From the NCBI GenBank assembly GCA_021108325.1, contig JAIORB010000027.1:20469-84468 (forward strand): a DNA stretch of 64,000 bases, read 5' to 3'. How positions within the stretch are numbered: the stretch's first letter is position 1; each line of letters begins with the position of its first letter. The translations under genes and the position numbers were made by a program. Below, in pieces: positions 19,646 to 27,891 of the stretch. The stretch comes from Bacteroidales bacterium. GTDB taxonomy: Bacteria > Bacteroidota > Bacteroidia > Bacteroidales > UBA12077. The notes under the pieces are model-generated. The model ran no database searches and was not told the DNA's origin. It saw only the letters and a list, made by a program, of their open reading frames with translations.

Positions 19646-20932
19646 TTATTTTGTTAAAGCTTTAACGGGTTCAATTCCCAAGGTTGTTCCTTCCTGAATT
19701 GCTTTTAAAACAGCTCCACCTCCCGTAAATATATAATACTTAGGACTGTCGAGTGCAACAATATATAATCCCGGCAATAATCTTTTTAATTCCTGCATGG
19801 TATCGCCGCCGCCATAAAGTTTTACTGCTTCAATATTTTCATCAATTAATTCGTCGAGAGCAATTGTACCTTCATTAAAATGTGGTGTGAATCCCATTAC
19901 TGCATTTACAAAAATGGTTCTTGCCGAAGAAAATATTTTATGGATATCGTCTTCGTAGAATGATTCTTTTGCAACATCAAGAACATAATTGAGCTTAGTT
20001 CCGGGCTTTAATTCATGAATGTTATGTATCCTGTTTTTACCTTCAAATTTACCTTCCATGGTGTCTGATTCAATAATAAACGGGAGCTCAACTAATTTGC
20101 CGGGATATTTCTCACTGAATTCAGCAAACTTTTTTGCATGAGCCAAATCATCTTCAGAAATACCTTTTATTTCAATATCGTATTTTGCGCATAAATATGC
20201 GTTATAAATAACACCTCCTAATACCAGGTAATCAGCCTTTTTAATTAAAGCATAAAGTGAATCAATTTTTGTGTCGAATTTTGAACCAGCAACAACAGCA
20301 ATAAACGGAGATTGAGGACTATAAATTCTTTCAAGGTTTTCAATTTCTTTTTGCATTAAGAATCCGGCATAAGAAGGAAGATATTTATTTACTCCAACAG
20401 TAGAAGCATGTGCTTGCCACGATCCAAAAGCATCGTTTACAAAAATATCTGCTAATCCGGCCAGTTGATTTGAGAAACGATCCATATCAGCTCCTTTTGC
20501 TTCTTCGCCTTGAAACCATCGAGTGTTTGGTAAATAAATCCCATCAATTTTACCATCTTTTAATTCACGAATAGAATGATTTATTGATGTTTCTATTCCA
20601 ATGTATCCTTTATTTTCGTGAGGATAAAAATCCGGAATTTTCATGTTAATATGGAGCTTGTTACGCAGGTATTCAACAATTGGCTCAACAGACGTATCCT
20701 TACTTATTTTAATATCTCCGGTTTTTTTATCTTTTGGTCGCCCAACATGCGACATTAAAATTATTTTACCACCTTTAGCGTTGATGTGGTAAAGCGTTCC
20801 AATTGTGGCATCTATTCTGTATGGATCATGAATAATCCCTTTTTTAACTACATTATGATCAACACGAACCAAAACAATCTTGCCGTTAAGATCAGCATCC
20901 TGAATTAATGGAATATTATATTTATCGAGCAT
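19646..20932 (-). CDS. divergent phosphoglycerate kinase family protein (PGK-like paralog)
   Basis: PGK landmarks are retained: RVDHNV, SHVGRP, NDAFGS..AHAS, AGSKFDTK, GGGDT and TGGGA. The canonical AHRAH is replaced by WQAH and WNGPxGVFE by VNAVMGFTP (alignment by eye). Confidence 0.7.
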   Translation of the reverse strand: MLDKYNIPLIQDADLNGKIVLVRVDHNVVKKGIIHDPYRIDATIGTLYHINAKGGKIILMSHVGRPKDKKTGDIKISKDTSVEPIVEYLRNKLHINMKIPDFYPHENKGYIGIETSINHSIRELKDGKIDGIYLPNTRWFQGEEAKGADMDRFSNQLAGLADIFVNDAFGSWQAHASTVGVNKYLPSYAGFLMQKEIENLERIYSPQSPFIAVVAGSKFDTKIDSLYALIKKADYLVLGGVIYNAYLCAKYDIEIKGISEDDLAHAKKFAEFSEKYPGKLVELPFIIESDTMEGKFEGKNRIHNIHELKPGTKLNYVLDVAKESFYEDDIHKIFSSARTIFVNAVMGFTPHFNEGTIALDELIDENIEAVKLYGGGDTMQELKRLLPGLYIVALDSPKYYIFTGGGAVLKAIQEGTTLGIEPVKALTK

Positions 20933-20935
20933 TTT

Positions 20936-20942
20936 ACCTCCT
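20936..20942 (-). promoter_or_regulatory. perfect Shine-Dalgarno AGGAGGT in front of the PGK-like gene
   Basis: The minus strand reads aaaaacAGGAGGTaaaATG. I found no comparable SD in front of the other start codons inspected in this window. Confidence 0.6.
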
Positions 20943-20952
20943 GTTTTTAAAG

Positions 20953-20972
20953 CCTGTCTGCCGACAGGCAGG
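20953..20972. repeat. GC-rich palindromic hairpin repeat (cctgtctgccgacaggcagg)
   Basis: Overlapping palindromes cctgtc/gacagg and ctgcc/ggcag. A 16-nt identity links it to copies at 14611-14626 and (reverse complement) 45125-45140. Confidence 0.7.
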
Positions 20973-21101
20973 TTTGAAAATTGTTATCTGAAAGGGAACA
21001 CAATTTAAAGCAAAATTGTTTTTTAAACAATAAAATTGTTTTGAATAAACAAGAATTGCCTTAAATTTAGTGACTTTAAATTGAAAGATGAATTGTGTTT
21101 C

Positions 21102-23486
21102 TCAAATATCCTCATTAATAGCTTTTAAAGCAGGCAGTTCCTTTCCTTCAATATATTCCAGTAAAGCTCCTCCGGCTGTCGAAATATAACTTATTTTATA
21201 AGCTAGACTAAATTTATTTACAGCAGCAATGGAATCACCGCCTCCGATTAAGGAAAATGCTCCTTTATCGGTAGCACGAGCCACTGCCATGGCAATTTTT
21301 AAGGTTCCCATTGAGTAATTTGACATTTCAAAAACTCCTATTGGCCCGTTCCAGAGTATAGTAGATGAGTTTTCAATTACTTCGGTAAATTCATTGGCCG
21401 ATTTTATTCCGATGTCCAAACCCATCCATCCATCTTTAATCTGACCTATTTCGCAATGTTCAATATTTGCATTATTATTAAATTCGTCAGCAATAATACA
21501 GTCGGTAGGTAAATACAGGTTTACATTATTTTCTTTAGCTTTTGTAATAATGTTTTTTGCAACATCAAGGTAATCATCTTCAACTAAAGAATTTCCAATT
21601 TTACCACCCATAGCTTTAGCAAAAGTAAAAGCAATTCCACCGGCAATAATTAAATTGTCAACTTTTTCAATTAATGCTTCAATGATGTGTATTTTAGTTG
21701 ACACCTTCGATCCTCCCAGAATTGCAGTAAATGGTCTTTTCGCTTGTTTTATTACTTTATCGATATTATTAATTTCATTTTCCACCAGGTAGCCAAACAT
21801 TTTGTCTTCAGGAAAAAACTTGGCTAAAGTGTATGTTGAAGCATGTGCTCTGTGTGCTGTTCCAAAAGCATTAAAAACATAAGTATCGCCAAGTTCAGCC
21901 AATTGTTTAGTGAAATTCTCATCTGCATCGATTTCCTCAGTATGGAATCGAAGATTTTCAAGTAACAGGCATTCTCCCGGTTTTAGAACTGTTGCGGCAA
22001 TTATTGCTTCTTCTCCGATGCAGTTAGCAGCAAATTTTACTTTTTTATCAAGAGCTTTTGATAAATAAGGTAATATATGTTTTAATGAAAAATCTTCGTT
22101 GAACTTTCCTTTTGGTCTGCCTAAATGAGTTAAGAATATAACAGAACCACCTTCGGCTAATATTTTACGAGCTGTCGGTAATGCAGTAATAATTCTTGTG
22201 TCATCGGTAATTTTCCTGTTTTCGTCCATAGGAACATTGAAATCAACACGCATTAAAACTTTTTTGCCCTCAAAGTTATATCGGTCAATGGTTAAGTTTT
22301 GCTTAATAGCTTTAATACTTGGCAGTTCCTTTCCTTCAAGGTATTCCAGTAATGCACCGCCGGCTGTCGATATATAGCTGATTTTATGAGCTAAACTATA
22401 CTTGTTAATTGCAGCTATTGAATCACCTCCGCCAATCAAGGAAAACGCCCCTTTATCAGTTGCACGGGCTACTGACATAGCAATTTTTAGTGTTCCCATC
22501 GAAAAACTTGGCATTTCAAAAACACCTATCGGGCCATTCCAAAGTATTTTTTCGGAGTTTTCGATCACTTCTGAAAAGCGATTTGCAGATTTAATTCCAA
22601 TGTCAAGACCCATCCATTCATCAGGTATTTCATTAATATCACAATGATCAATTTGGGCATCATTTTTAAAATCATCTGCAATAATGCAATCGCTTGGTAA
22701 ATATAATTTAACTTTATTTTTTTCAGCCTCTTTAATAATATGTTTTGCAAAATCTAAAAACTCATCTTCAACTAAAGAATTTCCGATTTTACCACCCATA
22801 GCTTTAGCAAATGTGTATGCAATTCCTCCCGCAATAATTAAATTATCTACCTTTTCTATTAATGTTTCTATAATATGGATTTTAGTAGATATTTTCGATC
22901 CTCCGAGAATTGCTGTAAAAGGATGCAAAGGTTGGTGTAAAATTTTGTCTATATTATTTATTTCACTTTCGACAAGATACCCAAACATGCTGTTTTTTGG
23001 AAAATGTTTAACAATAGTGTAAGTCGAAGCATGTGCTCTGTGTGCAGTACCAAATGCATTATTTACATATACATCACCAAGGCTGGCAAGGTGTTTTGCA
23101 AAATCTTCATCAGCATCTGTTTCTTCTTTATAAAACCTTAGATTTTCTAATAAAAGAATTTCACCGGGTTTTAGGGTTTTAGCTAGTTTTTCTGCTTTAA
23201 TCCCAATACAATCCGTTGCAAATTTAACTTCTCGATCAAGGACTTTGCTTAAATGAGGAAGGATTATTTTTAAGGACATTCTCTCATTAAATTGACCTTT
23301 TGGTCTTCCCAGGTGTGTTAAAAGAATTATAGATCCACCTTCAGCTAAAATTTTTTGAATCGTTGGTATTGCAGTAATAATCCTTGTATCATCGGTTATT
23401 TCAAGTTTTTCATTTAACGGAACGTTAAAATCCACGCGCATTAATACTTTTTTTCCTGTAAAATTATAGTTGTCGATAGAATACAT
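21102..23486 (-). CDS. pgk: tandem phosphoglycerate kinase fusion (two complete PGK modules in one ORF)
   Basis: 794-aa ORF. Module 1 is codons 1-397 (23486-22296) and module 2 is codons 398-794 (22295-21102). Both carry [38 protein letters not shown](I/V)[13 protein letters not shown] and GGGDS. The junction reads [14 protein letters not shown] with no stop and no start codon. Confidence 0.85.
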   Translation of the reverse strand: MYSIDNYNFTGKKVLMRVDFNVPLNEKLEITDDTRIITAIPTIQKILAEGGSIILLTHLGRPKGQFNERMSLKIILPHLSKVLDREVKFATDCIGIKAEKLAKTLKPGEILLLENLRFYKEETDADEDFAKHLASLGDVYVNNAFGTAHRAHASTYTIVKHFPKNSMFGYLVESEINNIDKILHQPLHPFTAILGGSKISTKIHIIETLIEKVDNLIIAGGIAYTFAKAMGGKIGNSLVEDEFLDFAKHIIKEAEKNKVKLYLPSDCIIADDFKNDAQIDHCDINEIPDEWMGLDIGIKSANRFSEVIENSEKILWNGPIGVFEMPSFSMGTLKIAMSVARATDKGAFSLIGGGDSIAAINKYSLAHKISYISTAGGALLEYLEGKELPSIKAIKQNLTIDRYNFEGKKVLMRVDFNVPMDENRKITDDTRIITALPTARKILAEGGSVIFLTHLGRPKGKFNEDFSLKHILPYLSKALDKKVKFAANCIGEEAIIAATVLKPGECLLLENLRFHTEEIDADENFTKQLAELGDTYVFNAFGTAHRAHASTYTLAKFFPEDKMFGYLVENEINNIDKVIKQAKRPFTAILGGSKVSTKIHIIEALIEKVDNLIIAGGIAFTFAKAMGGKIGNSLVEDDYLDVAKNIITKAKENNVNLYLPTDCIIADEFNNNANIEHCEIGQIKDGWMGLDIGIKSANEFTEVIENSSTILWNGPIGVFEMSNYSMGTLKIAMAVARATDKGAFSLIGGGDSIAAVNKFSLAYKISYISTAGGALLEYIEGKELPALKAINEDI

Positions 23487-23610
23487 GCCTGGTGCTTTTA
23501 TGTTGATATGTTAAAGATAGAAAGATTTGACATTTTTCAAAAACACCTAAAAGTAGTTAACATTTTTGAATTGTATTAACTTTGACCCGTTATAGTAGCT
23601 GAAATTTGTA

Positions 23611-23691
23611 CCGAAAGTTTTCGGGATGAAATTGGGAAAAGGCTTGGTCTCCTGTCTTGTCGGCTGGCAGGCTAATCAAATTTCCAATTTC
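23611..23691. repeat. composite intergenic palindromic repeat cluster
   Basis: ccgaaa-gt-tttcgg (23611-23624), cctgtcttgtcggctggcagg (23651-23671), and flanking inverted repeat gaaattggg (23628-23636) / tccaatttc (23683-23691). Confidence 0.55.
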
Positions 23692-23864
23692 TAATTTCAG
23701 ATGATTAACACACAAAATAATATTATACATTTAATAATCTAAATTGTAAACAGGAATATGAAAAATGCCAAATATTTATTTGTGGTTTGTATTTCGTTTA
23801 TTGTTATTTTTGCTCATTATCTGTTTTTGAAGTTAAAATATCTAAGTAAAATTATTTAACATTT

Positions 23865-24992
23865 ATGCAATTTAAAGAAGTAGTTGGACATCATAAAATA
23901 AAGGAAAAATTAATACATACTATAAAGGGAAACAGGGTAAGTCATGCTCAACTTTTTTTAGGTTCTGAAGGCTCAGGGAATCTGGCTTTGGCAATAGCCT
24001 ATGCTCAATATGTTTCTTGTGAGGACAAACAGGAAAATGATTCTTGTGGAGTTTGTCCGTCGTGTATAAAGTTTCAAAAATTAGTTCATCCCGATCTGCA
24101 TTTTGTTTATCCGGTGTCAACATCAAAAACCGTAAAAAAAAATCCTGTTAGCGATGATTATATAACTCTGTGGCGCGAAATAATTATTGAAAATCCATAT
24201 ATAAATCAGAACAAGTGGTATGAAATAATTGATGTTGAAAATAAACAGGGAATTATTAGCAAGAACGAAAGTAAAGAAATTTTAAAAAAACTGAATCTCA
24301 AAACTTTTGAATCAGAATATAAGATTATGATTATATGGTTGCCGGAAAAGATGAATGCCGCCGCCGCCAGTAAATTATTAAAATTAATTGAAGAGCCTCC
24401 TGCGAAGACATTGTTTTTAATGGTTTCGGAAAATTCGGAGCAAATATTATCAACTATACTTTCAAGAACTCAATTAATAAAAATTCCTAAAATTGATAAT
24501 GAAAGTATGCGTAACGCACTTTGCGACAGATTGGGATTATTACCAGAAAAGGCCGGCGATATAGCTCATCTGGCAAACGGAAATTATTTCGAAGCACAAA
24601 ATCTGATAAGCTCAACTGAAGAAGATAATGATAATTTTGATCAGTTTACACAATTTATGCGATTGTCTTATCAGCGAAAAGTTATTGAAATAATTAATTG
24701 GGTTGATGAAATTTCCAGGATAGGACGAGAAAAACAGAAGAGCTTTTTAGCCTATTCTCTTAGGCTTATTCGAGAAAATTTTATGCTAAATATTAAAAAT
24801 AAAGACCTTGTATATCTGACAAAGAAAGAATTAGAATTTTCTGAAAAATTTTCTCAGTTTATTAATCAGGAAAATATTTATCAGATTTATGAAGCATTGA
24901 ATCGAGCTCATTCCGATATTGAAATGAATGCTTACAATAAAATTGTGTTTTTAGATTTAGCTTTAAAGATTATAAAATTGATAAAAAAGTAA
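23865..24992 (+). CDS. holB: DNA polymerase III subunit delta-prime
   Basis: AAA+ clamp-loader fold: SHAQLFLGSEGSGNLALAIAYAQYVSC, zinc module CGVCPSCIKF, and SRT-type sensor motif ILSRTQ. Confidence 0.8.
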   Translation: MQFKEVVGHHKIKEKLIHTIKGNRVSHAQLFLGSEGSGNLALAIAYAQYVSCEDKQENDSCGVCPSCIKFQKLVHPDLHFVYPVSTSKTVKKNPVSDDYITLWREIIIENPYINQNKWYEIIDVENKQGIISKNESKEILKKLNLKTFESEYKIMIIWLPEKMNAAAASKLLKLIEEPPAKTLFLMVSENSEQILSTILSRTQLIKIPKIDNESMRNALCDRLGLLPEKAGDIAHLANGNYFEAQNLISSTEEDNDNFDQFTQFMRLSYQRKVIEIINWVDEISRIGREKQKSFLAYSLRLIRENFMLNIKNKDLVYLTKKELEFSEKFSQFINQENIYQIYEALNRAHSDIEMNAYNKIVFLDLALKIIKLIKK

Positions 24993-25080
24993 TTTTCATT
25001 ACTTTTGCTAAGTGAAATATCTCTATCTTTCAAAGTTAATGTAAGGTGAGAATGATTTTGTAGAGTATAACATGTAAGTT

Positions 25081-26218
25081 ATGGATAATATTGATAAAGA
25101 AAAGTCAGGTAATCAGTCTGAATTAAATATATCTTCTTGTAATTGTTTAAAACCTGAAAGTTGTAGTAAATTAGAAGCTTTTGATTGGCTGAACAATATC
25201 CCGGAGCCATCTAAAAAGCTGGATATTATAGAGGTTCGGTTTAAAAATACACGTAAGGATTTTTTTATAAATTCAAATTTGTTACGCCTAAAAAAAGGAG
25301 ATATTGTTGCCGTTGAAGCATCTCCGGGACATGATATTGGTATAATTTCATTGACAGGGGAAATAGTTGGCTTTCAACTAAAAAAACAAGGAATTAATTC
25401 GGCAGAGTATGAGTTCAAAAAAGTATACCGAAAAGCTAAACCTGCTGATTTTGAAAAGTGGCATGAGGCAATATTGCTTGAAGATTCTATCATGTTTAAA
25501 ACCTAATTTAGAGATGAAGATTGGTGATGTTGAATATCAGGGAGATAAAACAAAAGCAATTTTCTATTACATTGCTGATGAGAGAGTTGATTTCCGTGAG
25601 TTAATAAAAATTTTAGCTGAAAAATTCAAAATTCGAATTGAGATGCGCCAGATTGGTGCGCGACAAGAGGCTGGAAGAATTGGAGGAATTGGATCATGTG
25701 GCAGAGAACTTTGTTGTTCAACCTGGATAACAAATTTTGTTTCGGTAACAACAAATTCAGCACGTTACCAGGAGATATCGTTAAATCCACAAAAATTAGC
25801 CGGGCAATGCGGGAAATTAAAGTGTTGTTTAAATTATGAGCTGGACTGTTATGTCGATGCTCAAAAAGATTTTCCTTCAAGAGAAATTGTGCTGGAAACA
25901 AAAACAGGACAAGCTTATCATAGCAAAACAGATATTTTCCGTGGACTAATGTGGTATACTTTTGATCCGGTTAATTTGGTGAATTTTACTCCGGTTCCTG
26001 TCGAAAGAGTAAAGGAAATAATTGAACTTAACAAAAAGGGTGTTAAAGTTGATGTATTAGTAGATATATCAAATGCTCCAACGGAAAAAGCACTGGATTT
26101 TAAAAATGTGGTCGGACAAGAAAGCTTAACTCGTTTTGACGACAAACAGGCTAAAAGGAAAAAGAAAAAAAATAATAAACGTAGAAGACCCAGAAATGAA
26201 AAGCATCAGAAGCCTTAG
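25081..26218 (+). pseudogene. ricT: PSP1-domain protein RicT/YaaT homolog split by a frameshift into two overlapping ORFs
   Basis: ORF 25081-25506 carries the N-terminal part (VRFKNTRKDFF ... WHEAILLEDSIMFKT-stop). The conserved PSP1 core (LEMKIGDVEYQGDKTKAIFYYIADERVDFRELIK ... CGRELCC ... CGKLKCC) continues in the +1 frame (25409-26218). The switch point is at tttaaaacctaa (A4 run 25498-25501). Confidence 0.6.
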
Positions 26219-26687
26219 TGTCTTTTTTTTTGCATCCCTTATATTAATCATATATTCGTGCGACCCAAATCAGGTTTTCGAAAGAAATATTGAAATTGAA
26301 GATTTCACGTGGCATAAGGACTCAATTATAAAGTTTCAAGTTGATATTCAGGATACGACCAGTTTTCATAATATTTACATCAATGTTCGAAATACGTCCA
26401 GATATAAAATGCAGAATTTGTTTCTTTTTGTTCAAACAACTTCGCCTAGAGGATCTACACTTCATGATACTTTTGAATGTTATTTAGCCGATGAGCGAGG
26501 GAAATGGACAGGTAGTGGCTGGGGAGATATATACGATAACCAGTTTATTTATAAAAGAAATATTCGTTTTCCTGTTTCAGGAATTTATACTTTTGAATAT
26601 GTGCAGGCTATGCGTACTGATAAATTGGAATATATTTCTGATATCGGTTTAAGAATTGAAAAAGTTGAAATTAGTAACAACCCCTGA
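26196..26687 (+). CDS. gldH: gliding motility lipoprotein GldH
   Basis: MKSIRSLSVFFFASLILIIYSC lipoprotein signal. About 160 aa with the GldH-like pattern (NIYINVRNTSRYKMQNLFLF ... GWGD), in the conserved position after holB-ricT. ATG 26196 chosen inside the longer track ORF. Confidence 0.65.
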   Translation: MKSIRSLSVFFFASLILIIYSCDPNQVFERNIEIEDFTWHKDSIIKFQVDIQDTTSFHNIYINVRNTSRYKMQNLFLFVQTTSPRGSTLHDTFECYLADERGKWTGSGWGDIYDNQFIYKRNIRFPVSGIYTFEYVQAMRTDKLEYISDIGLRIEKVEISNNP

Positions 26688-26727
26688 GTATTTGTTACAA
26701 TTCCTATAATTTAAAATAATCATTAAA

Positions 26728-27426
26728 GTGGGAAAAAATAAATTGTCGAGGTTTGCCGAAATGGGAACTTTTAATCATGTTGTTCAGCCTCCCTTTGATG
26801 AAATTTTCAAGAAAGATTACAGGTTAAAAGGAAAATGGAGTAAAGAGTTTTTTGATAATGAAAATCCTTTAATTTTAGAGTTAGGATGTGGCAAAGGTGA
26901 ATATACAATTGGTCTGGCTAAACAAAACCCGCATATAAATTTTATTGGGATTGATATTAAAGGAGCCAGGATGTGGAGAGGAGCTAAAACAGCTCTTGAT
27001 GAAGAAATAAAAAATGTTGGGTTTTTAAGAACAAGAATTGACCTGACAAATTCTTTTTTTAGCGAGAAAGAGATTTCTGAAATTTGGATAACTTTCCCCG
27101 ATCCGCAGCAAAAAAAATATTATAAACGACTTACTTCGACACGATTTTTAGGATATTATCAGGAATTTATTAAACAAGATGGATTTATCAATCTGAAAAC
27201 TGATAATGCAGATTTGTATGCCTATACAAAAAGAGTTGTTGAAATAAATAATTTGGAACTAATTATTGATACTGATAACCTTTATGATTCAGGAATTGTT
27301 GATGATATTCTTTCTATAAAAACTTTTTACGAGCAGCAGTTTTTGTCTCAGGGGAAACCCATTCATTATTTAAGATTTAAATTGAATAAATCCATTAAGC
27401 TTGAAGAACCAGAAGACGAAAAATAA
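26728..27426 (+). CDS. trmB: tRNA (guanine-N7)-methyltransferase
   Basis: MGKNKLSRFAE N-terminus (GTG start), SAM motif LELGCGKGEYT and FPDPQ motif. Confidence 0.85.
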   Translation: MGKNKLSRFAEMGTFNHVVQPPFDEIFKKDYRLKGKWSKEFFDNENPLILELGCGKGEYTIGLAKQNPHINFIGIDIKGARMWRGAKTALDEEIKNVGFLRTRIDLTNSFFSEKEISEIWITFPDPQQKKYYKRLTSTRFLGYYQEFIKQDGFINLKTDNADLYAYTKRVVEINNLELIIDTDNLYDSGIVDDILSIKTFYEQQFLSQGKPIHYLRFKLNKSIKLEEPEDEK

Positions 27427-27748
27427 CGAGGGATTTTTTAACCGGGTTTACGATATTGCACGTCAAATTCCCTACGGGCGTATTACAAGTTATGGAGCAA
27501 TAGCAAATTATTTAGGGACAGCTCAATCGGCCAGAGTGGTTGGTTGGGCAATGAATAATTCACATCATCAGAATGAATATGTTCCTGCCCACAGGGTTGT
27601 AAATCGAAACGGTCTTTTAACAGGCAAACATCATTTTGGCAATTCAAATACCATGAAACAACTTCTCGAAAACGAGAGTATTAAAATTGAAAATGATAAA
27701 ATCATCGATTTTGAAAAACACTTTTGGGATCCTGTAAAGGAGTTGTAA
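27401..27748 (+). CDS. MGMT-family DNA-binding protein of the alkyltransferase-like (ATL) type
   Basis: YGRITSYGAIANYLG and ARVVGWAMN helix-turn-helix region. The active-site motif reads PAHRVV instead of PCHRV. TTG start overlaps the trmB 3' end by 26 nt. Confidence 0.65.
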   Translation: MKNQKTKNNEGFFNRVYDIARQIPYGRITSYGAIANYLGTAQSARVVGWAMNNSHHQNEYVPAHRVVNRNGLLTGKHHFGNSNTMKQLLENESIKIENDKIIDFEKHFWDPVKEL

Positions 27749-27844
27749 TATTTCTCTAGTATTCAGGTAGTTGTCTAATTTGGTCAATGCTATTTAATCA
27801 TGGGAAACTTTGAGCTTTAAACTCAAAACTCAAAACTATTTTAT

Positions 27845-27852
27845 TATCTTTG
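27845..27852 (+). promoter_or_regulatory. candidate -7 promoter box (TATCTTTG)
   Basis: TAnnTTTG match 40 nt upstream of ATG 27892. Confidence 0.4.
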
Positions 27853-27891
27853 CTGCGTTAATTTAAATTAAATAAAAATAAGGACGAAAAC

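Noticed and set aside
22402-23022. Plus- and minus-strand ORFs of 61-112 aa inside the PGK-PGK gene
   Set aside because: They are antisense or out of frame relative to a strongly supported CDS, with low-complexity, Ile/Leu/Ser-rich translations typical of AT-rich shadow frames.
21102-23486. Tandem PGK explained as an assembly or collapse artefact or a very recent duplication
   Set aside because: The two halves differ at a large fraction of nucleotide positions, mostly synonymous-looking. An assembler would not create them from one gene, and they are not recent copies.
23758-23856. 32-codon hydrophobic small ORF (MKNAKYLFVVCISFIVIFAHYLFLKLKYLSKII) upstream of holB
   Set aside because: It has no recognisable promoter or SD and no homology I can recall. 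Such ORFs arise easily in AT-rich spacers and cannot be supported from sequence alone.
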